Positions 16,113 to 23,530 of a DNA stretch of 32,000 nucleotides are shown here, in pieces. The first letter of the stretch is position 1. Each line of letters opens with the position of its first letter. Origin of the DNA: Thermofilum pendens Hrk 5 (GTDB lineage Archaea > Thermoproteota > Thermoprotei > Thermofilales > Thermofilaceae); contig NC_008698.1 of the NCBI RefSeq assembly GCF_000015225.1, positions 780,001 to 812,000 on the forward strand, written 5' to 3'. Both the position numbers and the translations under genes were made by a program. The notes beneath the pieces were generated by a model. The model was not told the origin of the DNA. It did not search any database and saw only the letters and a program-made list of their open reading frames with translations.

Positions 16113-16209
16113 GCGGCCGTAGTCTAGTCTGGTAGGATGGCGGCCTGCCACGCCGCAGAGCCCTGTGTAGGCGCGGAGAACCCGGGTTCAAATCCCGGCG
16201 GCCGCACCA
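16113..16209 (+). tRNA. tRNA-Gly (anticodon GCC) with a 20-nt intron in the variable region; CCA encoded
   Basis: Acceptor GCGGCCG (16113-16119) pairs with CGGCCGC (16199-16205). The anticodon arm is GCGGC/CTGCCAC/GCCGC, with GCC at 16147-16149. The T arm is CCGGG/TTCAAAT/CCCGG. There are 25 nt between the anticodon stem and the T stem where 5 are expected. Confidence 0.9.
16159..16178 (+). other. non-canonical tRNA intron (20 nt; the exact boundary is ambiguous within the duplicated AGA)
   Basis: Bulge-helix-bulge motif. The central helix is CCGC (16153-16156) paired with GCGG (16173-16176), flanked by AGA bulges at 16157-16159 and 16177-16179. The upper helix is GCC/GGC with loop CTGTGTA. 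Confidence 0.7.
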
Positions 16210-16210
16210 C

Positions 16211-16215
16211 TTTTT
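16211..16215 (+). terminator. oligo-T (TTTTT) immediately after the tRNA CCA
   Basis: T5 run starting 2 nt after the encoded CCA. Archaeal RNAP terminates at T-tracts. Confidence 0.45.
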
Positions 16216-16220
16216 CACGC

Positions 16221-16805
16221 TTATCTTCTCCGGGGGCGAACTACTAGGTACGCGCAGACCTCGTCGATCGGGGTACGCGCGCACAGCAATATCTTTCCGA
16301 TCGATAAGCCGGTGAGGTTGCTAGCAGAGTAAACCACGGGAGCCCCTGGCTTAGCTATTCTGACAGCGTTGACGAGCATTTTCTTGAAGATCGACAAGTC
16401 CGAGCCCCCAGCGACCGGGACGTCTTCCGGCTTTTCGGAGTCGACGGGCAGGTAGGGAGGGTTCGTGAAGACGAGCCCCGCACTGCTAGACCTCAAGCAG
16501 CTTCCAGCGTCGCAGAGCACGAAGTCCAGTAGCCCGTCGAGGCTGTTTCTCCTGGCGTTCGCCTTAGCGGCGCGTAGGCAAGGCTCGCTTACTTCCACCC
16601 CCACCGCGTAGGCTCCGCGCTTCGCGGCTAGTAGTGCAAGCGTTCCGACACCCGTCCCTACCTCCACGGCTACTTCTGCACTGGGAGAAGCCTCTAGTAC
16701 GCGCGATACAAGCCAGGTGCTGTAAGTACCTATAGGCGTGAAGCACCCCGGGGGGACTAAGAGAGTTAACCCCAGGAACCTCGCGAATTGGGCGTGTAGA
16801 CGCAT
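16221..16805 (-). CDS. SAM-dependent methyltransferase with NPPY motif (HemK/PrmC/Mtq2-like)
   Basis: ORF track 16221..16880, trimmed to ATG 16805 (16820 is possible). It has the VEVGTGVGTLAL SAM-binding loop and FTNPPYLP (N5-glutamine / N6-adenine methyltransferase motif IV). Confidence 0.75.
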   Translation of the reverse strand: MRLHAQFARFLGLTLLVPPGCFTPIGTYSTWLVSRVLEASPSAEVAVEVGTGVGTLALLAAKRGAYAVGVEVSEPCLRAAKANARRNSLDGLLDFVLCDAGSCLRSSSAGLVFTNPPYLPVDSEKPEDVPVAGGSDLSIFKKMLVNAVRIAKPGAPVVYSASNLTGLSIGKILLCARTPIDEVCAYLVVRPRRR

Positions 16806-16831
16806 GTAAAGCCTGAGCATGAGCAATAGAA

Positions 16832-16842
16832 ATGTTAAAAGC
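16832..16842. promoter_or_regulatory. single A/T box (ATGTTAAAAGC) shared by the divergent methyltransferase and asnS genes
   Basis: It is the only A/T-rich element in the 67-bp divergent spacer: 32 nt from ATG 16805 and 36 nt from ATG 16873. Confidence 0.35.
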
Positions 16843-16872
16843 ACCCTATTAGTGATCGAAGGTGGACGCTCT

Positions 16873-18165
16873 ATGTCCACAGCCGTTAAGCCGATACGCG
16901 AGGCTTTAAGGCTTCCTGCAGGCTCGCAGGTGACCGTGAGGGGGTGGGTTTACCGTAGGCGCGACCTCGGGGATAAAGCCTTCGTGGTGGTTAGGGATTC
17001 AACCGGGATAATACAGGCTGTCTTTACGCCAGAGTCTCCGGGGCACGCCTTGGCGAGAAAGGTGACCGTGGAGTCCTCCGTGATCGTTGGGGGAGCTCTG
17101 AGGGAGGATCCCAGGGCGCCGGGGGGCAAGGAAATAGCCGGTAGAAACATAGAGATAGTTGGGCTCGCGGAGAACTTTCCGATCAGAAGAGACGCGTCGA
17201 GGGAGTTTCTACTCGAGGTTCGACACCTTGCCGTGAGGAGCAGGAAGATGACCGCTGTTTTGAAGCTGAGGAGCACAGTCTTCGAAGCTCTCCACGAGTG
17301 GTTTAGGAGCAACGGTTTCTACGAGGTTCACTGCCCGATGTTCATATCGGCGGCGGTGGAGGGCGGGGCCACGCTTTTCCCGGTGAAGTACGTGGACGGG
17401 AGCACGGTTTACTTAACGCAGTCTTCCCAGTTCTACCTCGAGGCGCTCATCTACAGCTTGGAAAAAGTTTACACCGTGGCTCCTTCTTTCAGGGCGGAGA
17501 AGTCGAGGACGAGGCGCCACCTTACGGAGTTCTGGCACGCGGAGGCAGAGGTCGCGTGGACGGGGCTAGAAGGAATACTGAAGGTAGAGGAGGAGCTCGT
17601 CTCGCACATAGTTAGGAGGGTCTTGGAGAAGAACCGGGAGGAACTGGAGCTTCTCGGGAGGAACCTGGAGCCTTTGAAGAACGTGGAGCCCCCCTTCCCC
17701 AGGATTAGCTACGACAAGGCGATAGAGATACTGCAGGGTAAAGGTTTAAACGTGAAGTGGGGCGACGACCTGGGGGCGGACGAGGAGCGGGCACTCACGG
17801 AGGAGTTCGACAAGCCTTTCTTCCTTTACGGCTTCCCCGTCGGCGTGAAGGCTTTTTACCACAAGAACGACCCCTCGAGGCCGGAAGTAACTTTGTCCGC
17901 GGATCTCCTAGCTCCGGAAGGCTACGGCGAGATAATAGGCGGAGGGGAGAGGATAGAGAAGCTAGAAGAGCTACTGGACAAGATCAAGCAGTTCGGGCTA
18001 AACCCGAGCGACTACGAATGGTACCTGGACCTCAGGCGCTATGGCACGGTGCCACACGCCGGCTTTGGGCTCGGCATGGATAGGCTCGTAACTTGGATAG
18101 CGGGGCTCGACCACATAGTTGACTCTATACCGTTCCCAAGGACGGTTACGCGCACCTACCCCTAG
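16873..18165 (+). CDS. asnS: asparaginyl-tRNA synthetase
   Basis: ORF track 16819..18165, trimmed to ATG 16873. PSFRAEKSRTRRHLTEFWHAEAE, EPPFPRISYDKAIEIL, WGDDLGADEERALTEEFDKPFF and YEWYLDLRRYGTVPHAGFGLGMDRL closely match archaeal AsnRS as I remember it, rather than AspRS. Confidence 0.95.
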   Translation: MSTAVKPIREALRLPAGSQVTVRGWVYRRRDLGDKAFVVVRDSTGIIQAVFTPESPGHALARKVTVESSVIVGGALREDPRAPGGKEIAGRNIEIVGLAENFPIRRDASREFLLEVRHLAVRSRKMTAVLKLRSTVFEALHEWFRSNGFYEVHCPMFISAAVEGGATLFPVKYVDGSTVYLTQSSQFYLEALIYSLEKVYTVAPSFRAEKSRTRRHLTEFWHAEAEVAWTGLEGILKVEEELVSHIVRRVLEKNREELELLGRNLEPLKNVEPPFPRISYDKAIEILQGKGLNVKWGDDLGADEERALTEEFDKPFFLYGFPVGVKAFYHKNDPSRPEVTLSADLLAPEGYGEIIGGGERIEKLEELLDKIKQFGLNPSDYEWYLDLRRYGTVPHAGFGLGMDRLVTWIAGLDHIVDSIPFPRTVTRTYP

Positions 18166-18266
18166 TTTCTCGCTATAGGTATACGGCTCCGGGCACTTTT
18201 TCGAAGAACCCATGAGTCGCCTATGCACGGGAGGCTGGCGTTCTCGTCTTTCGCGCGCATGCGACA

Positions 18267-18279
18267 AAGCATATAAGAT
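18267..18279 (+). promoter_or_regulatory. TATA box (AAGCATATAAGAT) for feoA
   Basis: Centre is 31 nt upstream of ATG 18304. AAGGAGGG lies directly before the ATG. Confidence 0.45.
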
Positions 18280-18303
18280 GCTCACGCAGTTTCAAAGGAG
18301 GGT

Positions 18304-18555
18304 ATGACGATGGCAAGCCGCGGTTACGTGCCGCTAGCGCTCGTCCCGCCAGGTAGCGTTGTAAGGCTAGTCGAGGTTCAAGGCGGTCATGGAGTGTTGA
18401 GGAGGCTGTTCGAGCTCGGAATACTTCCGGGCGTGGAGTTCAGAGTGGTTTTCAACGGCGCGGGTCCAACGGTGATAGAGAGGAACGGGGCTAGGCTGGC
18501 GCTTGGAAGGGGTATAGCGATGAGACTTCTAGTCGAGGTGGTGCAGAGTGGCTAA
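18304..18555 (+). CDS. feoA: FeoA ferrous iron transport protein A
   Basis: 83-aa SH3-like protein: LALVPPGSVVRLVEVQGGHGVLRRLFELGILPGVEFRVV. It overlaps the feoB start by 8 nt. Confidence 0.85.
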   Translation: MTMASRGYVPLALVPPGSVVRLVEVQGGHGVLRRLFELGILPGVEFRVVFNGAGPTVIERNGARLALGRGIAMRLLVEVVQSG

Positions 18556-20635
18556 AGAGGTTAGGGTGGCGCTAGCCGGCGCCCCCAATGTCGGTAAAAG
18601 CACGCTGTTCAACGTGCTTGTAGGGGCTCATAGGTTCGTAGGCAACTGGCCGGGAAAAACTGTGGATAGGTACGAGGGAGAGGTGGAGCACCACGGCGTG
18701 AGGATACGCTTTATCGACCTGCCGGGAACTTACAGTCTGAGCGCTCAGAGCGAGGAAGAAGAAATAGCTAGGGACTTCATCGTGAACGAGAAACCGGACA
18801 CCGTGATAGTAGTCGTGAACGCTGTGTCTATGGAGACCACAATGTACCTCGCCCTTCAAGTCCTCGAGCTATACGATAAGGTGGTTATTGCCGTCAACAA
18901 GATCGATGTAGCCGCGAAGATGGGGGTACACATCCACGTAGAGAGGCTTTCGAGGCTACTCGGAGTACCGGTTGTACCCATCTCGGCGCTGAAGAAAACG
19001 GGGCTCCACGAGCTACTGGAGGCAACCCTGGCGGTCGCCACCGGTAGCCTAAGAACGAAGAGGCTAAAGCTATCCTACGGCATCCTCGACTACTACGCCG
19101 GGCAGCTCTCCGGGAAGATCTCCAAGTGCGGCGCCTTGGGCAACGCGCCCCAGGAGTGGCTCGCCCTGAGGCTACTTGAGGGCGACAGGCAGATCGAGAG
19201 GAAGGCCCGAGAGGCGTGCCCGGATGTTCTCGAAGAGGCGTTAAGGCTTAGGAAGATCGTCGAGGACGAAACGGGGAAGAGCCCCTCCTTGCTAGCTGCG
19301 AGTGCGCGTTACAGTTTAATAGCGAAGGTACTCGAAGAGTCCGTCCACGCGGAGAGGGTAGTTACGCCTGCTTTTACGGAGAGGCTTGACAGCTACCTGC
19401 TCCGCCCCGCGATAGGCCACTTGGTACTGTTCCTACTCGTGCTGGGATCCCTCGTATTAGTGCTGGGGCTGAACACGGGTTTTCCGATTAAGCAGATAGC
19501 TGAGGCTCTAGGCATGGAGGAGCTCGCATCGATATTCGAACAATACACGCTGAGCGGTCTCCTGTCGTCGCTCTTCGCGTCGCTCGGGGACTACCTAAGG
19601 ACGCTGCTCGCCAGCCAGGGTTTCCCCGAGTGGGCTGTCTCTTTGGCGGTCGACGGTATACTGGCGGGAGTCGGGGGTGTGCTATCGTTTCTGCCATTAA
19701 TCTTCCTGGTCTTCGTAGTGTTCGGCTTCTTGGAGGATACGGGGATCATGGCCAGGATAGCCGCGACTTACCACAACCTCATGGTCCGTATCGGGCTCTC
19801 GGGGAAGGCTCTTATGCCCCTCCTCCTGGGCTTCGGGTGTAACGTTCCAGCGATAATGGGGACCAAGATACTCTCCACGGATAGAGAAAAGGTGCTCGCC
19901 TCCCTGCTGGCGCCTCTAATACCGTGTCAGGCCAGGCTCGTAGTCTTGCTACTACTAGCTTCGGCTATTCCGAACCCCTTGGTCTCCGCCTTCCTCCTCG
20001 TGTTCATCTACGCATACGCCCTCCTCCTTGTAGCCGCTCTTGGCTATGTTTTCTCCAAGTTGTTCTTCAAAGCGGAGGAAGAGCCGGAGCTACTGGTAGA
20101 GCTGCCGCCTTACCACAGGCCAAGCCTCAGGGTTATCTGGTGGTATGCCTGGGACAATACCCTGCATTTCCTCAAGAAGGCAGGGGTCATAATATTCTCG
20201 CTGTCGATCGTCGTCTGGATACTCATGAGCACAGGCCCCGCCGGTTACACGCAGGACGTAGGCACATCCTATGCCTACCTTATCGGCACAAGCCTCGCCC
20301 CGGCTCTAGCGCTCGTAGGGCTAGGGAAGTGGCAGGTAGCGCTAGCGTTGCTCTCAGGCTTCATAGCTAAGGAAAGCGTTGCCTCAACGCTAATAATCGC
20401 CACCGGGGCGAATACCTTTAGCGAGGCTTTCTCGTCTCTTGGACTGAACACGGCCCAAGTAGCCTCACTGATGGTATTCGCGACGCTGTACACGCCGTGC
20501 CTCGCAACGGTTTCAGCGTTCTACGTCCAGACAAGGAACATTAAGTACGCCTTGCTGCTCGTGTTCTACGAGCTCCTTATAGCTTTCGCTTCGTCCTTCA
20601 CAGTATACAGCCTGCTCAGCGCGCTGGTGCACTGA
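18548..20635 (+). CDS. feoB: FeoB ferrous iron transporter (G-domain plus membrane domain)
   Basis: 695 aa. It has the GAPNVGKST P-loop, DLPGTYSL and NKID, followed by a long polytopic membrane domain. Confidence 0.95.
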   Translation: MAKEVRVALAGAPNVGKSTLFNVLVGAHRFVGNWPGKTVDRYEGEVEHHGVRIRFIDLPGTYSLSAQSEEEEIARDFIVNEKPDTVIVVVNAVSMETTMYLALQVLELYDKVVIAVNKIDVAAKMGVHIHVERLSRLLGVPVVPISALKKTGLHELLEATLAVATGSLRTKRLKLSYGILDYYAGQLSGKISKCGALGNAPQEWLALRLLEGDRQIERKAREACPDVLEEALRLRKIVEDETGKSPSLLAASARYSLIAKVLEESVHAERVVTPAFTERLDSYLLRPAIGHLVLFLLVLGSLVLVLGLNTGFPIKQIAEALGMEELASIFEQYTLSGLLSSLFASLGDYLRTLLASQGFPEWAVSLAVDGILAGVGGVLSFLPLIFLVFVVFGFLEDTGIMARIAATYHNLMVRIGLSGKALMPLLLGFGCNVPAIMGTKILSTDREKVLASLLAPLIPCQARLVVLLLLASAIPNPLVSAFLLVFIYAYALLLVAALGYVFSKLFFKAEEEPELLVELPPYHRPSLRVIWWYAWDNTLHFLKKAGVIIFSLSIVVWILMSTGPAGYTQDVGTSYAYLIGTSLAPALALVGLGKWQVALALLSGFIAKESVASTLIIATGANTFSEAFSSLGLNTAQVASLMVFATLYTPCLATVSAFYVQTRNIKYALLLVFYELLIAFASSFTVYSLLSALVH

Positions 20636-20636
20636 T

Positions 20637-21434
20637 ATGCGCGAGCACTCAGAGGACGTACTACTGATTGGGGGCTGGAAGGAGACGAGCATGGTCGACG
20701 TGCTTGAAAGCGTATCCTTCACGCTTTGGCTTTCCTACTGCAACTTCAGGTGTCCTTGGTGCGCTAACAGCAGGCTTGCGAGAGGGTTGGAGGTTCGCAG
20801 GGCGACCGTTGACGAGATAGTATCCGCAGTTTCGCGGGCCAGGGCTTTCGTTGACTACTTCCACGTGACGGGCGGAGAGCCTACGTTGCAGTACAGGAGG
20901 CTTGAGAAGCTCTTCGAGAGGGTTAAGACCGAAGTTGGATTGCCGCTCAGCTTGGACACCAACGCCTCCATCCCATCGGCGCTTGAGCACCTTCTGAGAA
21001 GCGTCGACGTTGAACACGTAGCAGTAGACGTCAAAGCTCCGCTGGACGACCCGATGCTTTACTCCCAGGTGGTGGGCCTGCCTGCGAAAGTAGCGGAGAA
21101 AGTAGTGAATGACGTCAGGAGGGGCATAGCCATTGCTGGTAGACACGCCCGCTTCCTGGAGCTGAGAACTCTCCTCGTACCCGGGCTTCTAGAGCCCGCG
21201 CACCTGGAGAGGATAGCGCGTCAGCTCTCAGAAATGGAGCTGAGCGCGCAGCGCATAGCATATGTTGTACAGCAGTTTATACCCTACGAGGGAGTACCGG
21301 AGGAGTACAGAGGGAAGCCGAAGACCCCCAGGGACGTCGTAGCGAGTACCGCTAAAAGGGTGGCGGAGATACTTCCGGGGAAATTCGAGGTATGGTACAG
21401 GACCATCGAGGAAGGAGCGGTGAGGGTGCGGTAA
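20637..21434 (+). CDS. radical-SAM activating enzyme, NrdG/PflA-like (glycyl-radical-activase family)
   Basis: 265 aa. IGGWKETSMVDVLESVSFTLWLSYCNFRCPWCAN carries the CX3CX2C cluster, and HVTGGEPTL is present. The ATG starts 1 nt after the feoB TGA. Confidence 0.8.
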   Translation: MREHSEDVLLIGGWKETSMVDVLESVSFTLWLSYCNFRCPWCANSRLARGLEVRRATVDEIVSAVSRARAFVDYFHVTGGEPTLQYRRLEKLFERVKTEVGLPLSLDTNASIPSALEHLLRSVDVEHVAVDVKAPLDDPMLYSQVVGLPAKVAEKVVNDVRRGIAIAGRHARFLELRTLLVPGLLEPAHLERIARQLSEMELSAQRIAYVVQQFIPYEGVPEEYRGKPKTPRDVVASTAKRVAEILPGKFEVWYRTIEEGAVRVR

Positions 21435-21451
21435 AGCTGGCATCTCGCGCG

Positions 21452-23299
21452 CTAGGCGCCGAACCGCGCGATTCTATCGGGAGGTAGGGCGGCGTGCCGG
21501 TAGCTGATTATCCTGATGATGTCGGCGGCGTCCTGGAAGTCGTCGCTCGTTAGCTCTAGCAGGTTTACAGCTTCCATGAGGCTCAGCGCCGACATGATGT
21601 CGATCTCGTTTTCGTCCAAGAGCTTTCTAATCATGTGTATTGCCTTTATCCTTAACTCGTCGACCCTCCTCTCTCCCGCGTCTATCTCGATCGAAGCGCG
21701 CACCGCGTAGAGTGGGGATAGGCTGAGCACGCGCAGGTTTTCTATGAGCATGTCCGCCAGCCTGATGTTCTCGTTCAACATTTCCAGCAGGAGTTGCTTC
21801 AAGTCCCGGAGTTTTTCGCTGTGCTTCACCCATAGAAGCCTCTCGTTGCACTCTATAACCGCGCCGGCGACCTTGTCGATTTCCTCGACGAGCCTCTCGA
21901 AGTCTATTCTGCTGGATGTGGGTAGCAACCCCGAGTAAATCCTCCAGGTGACTTCCCTCTTCACGGCGTCTGCCTTCCTCTCCATATCCTTTAACACGCG
22001 TATCCCCGACTCCAACTCCTCTGCGTAGCCGCCGAAAGCTTTCTCCACGAGTTTCTGCTGGTACACAAGCACGTCCCTTATTATCTCAACGTGCCTTATG
22101 ACGAGGTTAAGGAAGGGCCACGTAGGTCTCGTTTCCCTGAAGACGATGGAGAAGGCTGCTGCCGTTACTACCAGCATACTCCCGATATCTATGAAGACGC
22201 TATCCAGGGAGCTGGGCGCAACCGAGAGTATAAGCGTGGCGATAAGCGCTCCAGTGGCGTAGCCCGAATCCCTTAACGCGCGGTAAACCCCTACCGCTAG
22301 GTCCCGCCCTTCCGGGGGCGTCATGTCTGCCACGGGTGCAGGCAGTATCGGGTAGTACATAGCGTAGCTTAAACCCATGACCAGGACTATGAGCAGCATC
22401 TCTGGGAAGTTACGCGTGCCCGGCAAGGCTATCAAGAGGGCGCCGTTGATCATCAACCCAAGGGTTGCCAGCGCGCGCCTGCCGACCCTATCCGAGAACG
22501 AACTCCAGAAGGGCATAGTAGAGGACCACACGAGTAGCAACAGGGACTGCGCGAAGCCTACGTGATACACCTGGAGACCCTTGGCGACCATGTAGACCGG
22601 GATAACACCCCATGCAATGCTATCAGCTACCTTCGCCATATGCGCCGCGAGAAGGGCTGACGCCGTGCTAGGGTTCGAGAAGAGTAGCTTCACGATCTCC
22701 GACGTCTTCATCGTCGTCGAGAAGCGCTCCCGCTCCTGCAGCGTGTACTGCATAGTTTCATGCGAGCTGGCAGCCGAGACCACGCCTAGAACAGAGGAAG
22801 CGAGAATCACGAACAGCGTCGCAGGTGCCCCTAGGGAGCCGTAGACAAGCCCGCTAACGAACGCTCCGATAGAGTAACCGAAGTAGCACGCGCTCTCGAT
22901 GTATCCGAAGCTGAGCGATGAACGCTCGAGCCCCAGAATGTCCCGGATTGCGAGCGCACTGGTAGCGAAGACGAGCCCCTCGCCGGCTCCCACGAAGATG
23001 TTGCCTACCAGGAAGTTAAGCGGGGGAGGGAGTAGCAATAGGGCTACCGCACCCGTAGTGTATACCAGCGTTCCCGTCAGCAGGGACTTACGCCTACTCT
23101 TCCCCGCGTACAGCCCCGTGAACAGGTCGAACGTAGCCTTGAAGGCGCCGAACGAGACTATGGGCAGAAGGAAAGACCCGCCAGCTGCGTGCGAAGCCAC
23201 ACCAAGTATGGTTCGCTGCACGCCTGTAGCTAGCCCGACGAGTATCTCAGTTAAGAGTACTAGAGCCATCGCGATGCTCTCGCGTCTCAGGGACCCCAC
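21452..23299 (-). CDS. MFS transporter fused to a C-terminal DUF47/PhoU-like helical domain
   Basis: 615 aa. Residues 1 to about 400 are polytopic and MFS-like (SDRVGRRALATLG loop). Residues about 400 to 615 are soluble helical repeats with LKDMERKADAVKREV...IDFERLVEEIDKVAG and IEIDAGERRVDELR...LELTSDDFQDAADIIRII. GTG 23299 lies 27 nt from a TATA box. Confidence 0.8.
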   Translation of the reverse strand: MGSLRRESIAMALVLLTEILVGLATGVQRTILGVASHAAGGSFLLPIVSFGAFKATFDLFTGLYAGKSRRKSLLTGTLVYTTGAVALLLLPPPLNFLVGNIFVGAGEGLVFATSALAIRDILGLERSSLSFGYIESACYFGYSIGAFVSGLVYGSLGAPATLFVILASSVLGVVSAASSHETMQYTLQERERFSTTMKTSEIVKLLFSNPSTASALLAAHMAKVADSIAWGVIPVYMVAKGLQVYHVGFAQSLLLLVWSSTMPFWSSFSDRVGRRALATLGLMINGALLIALPGTRNFPEMLLIVLVMGLSYAMYYPILPAPVADMTPPEGRDLAVGVYRALRDSGYATGALIATLILSVAPSSLDSVFIDIGSMLVVTAAAFSIVFRETRPTWPFLNLVIRHVEIIRDVLVYQQKLVEKAFGGYAEELESGIRVLKDMERKADAVKREVTWRIYSGLLPTSSRIDFERLVEEIDKVAGAVIECNERLLWVKHSEKLRDLKQLLLEMLNENIRLADMLIENLRVLSLSPLYAVRASIEIDAGERRVDELRIKAIHMIRKLLDENEIDIMSALSLMEAVNLLELTSDDFQDAADIIRIISYRHAALPPDRIARFGA

Positions 23300-23322
23300 C
23301 CAGAATCTTACTGCACAAAACT

Positions 23323-23330
23323 ACATAAAT
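23323..23330 (-). promoter_or_regulatory. TATA box (ATTTATGT on minus strand) for the MFS-DUF47 gene
   Basis: Centre is 27 nt upstream of GTG 23299, consistent with a leaderless mRNA. Confidence 0.45.
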
Positions 23331-23504
23331 CTACTTTTATTGAGTAAATATAATGTGTAATAGATTCTATTTAACAAGTCGTATTGCTAGATAGTTTTAT
23401 ACCCGACGACATGGAAGCCGTCTCCTCGTCGTGCACGTTGCGTGCAAGGAAAGCGGGTGCCCGGCTCTTCCTCTTATGCAGCGTTTAAGAGTCTGAAAAG
23501 CAAC

Positions 23505-23512
23505 ATTTAAGA
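23505..23512 (+). promoter_or_regulatory. TATA box (ATTTAAGA) for taw1
   Basis: Centre is 23 nt upstream of ATG 23531. Confidence 0.4.
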
Positions 23513-23530
23513 ATAAGGATCCCTGGAGAT

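Noticed and set aside
15913-16284. 123-aa minus-strand ORF from the track
   Set aside because: It lies antisense across the complete tRNA-Gly gene and its promoter. The sequence is Arg/Pro/Ser-rich, typical of GC-rich antisense frames.
16113-16300. tRNA-Gly as an integration site for a mobile element
   Set aside because: I noticed no second copy of the tRNA 3' half in the window. The flanking genes are a methyltransferase and asnS, with no integrase.
18256-18263. 8-bp palindrome CGCATGCG just upstream of the feoA TATA box, as a possible iron-regulator operator
   Set aside because: It is too short to distinguish from chance in a GC-rich genome, and it does not resemble the DtxR/Fur-type operators I know.
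23411-23488. 25-codon ORF (MEAVSSSCTLRARKAGARLFLLCSV) in the MFS/taw1 spacer
   Set aside because: The ATG is too close (14 nt) to the only upstream A/T box. The sequence coincides with strong hairpins and shows no coding-like features. It is treated as a structured element instead.
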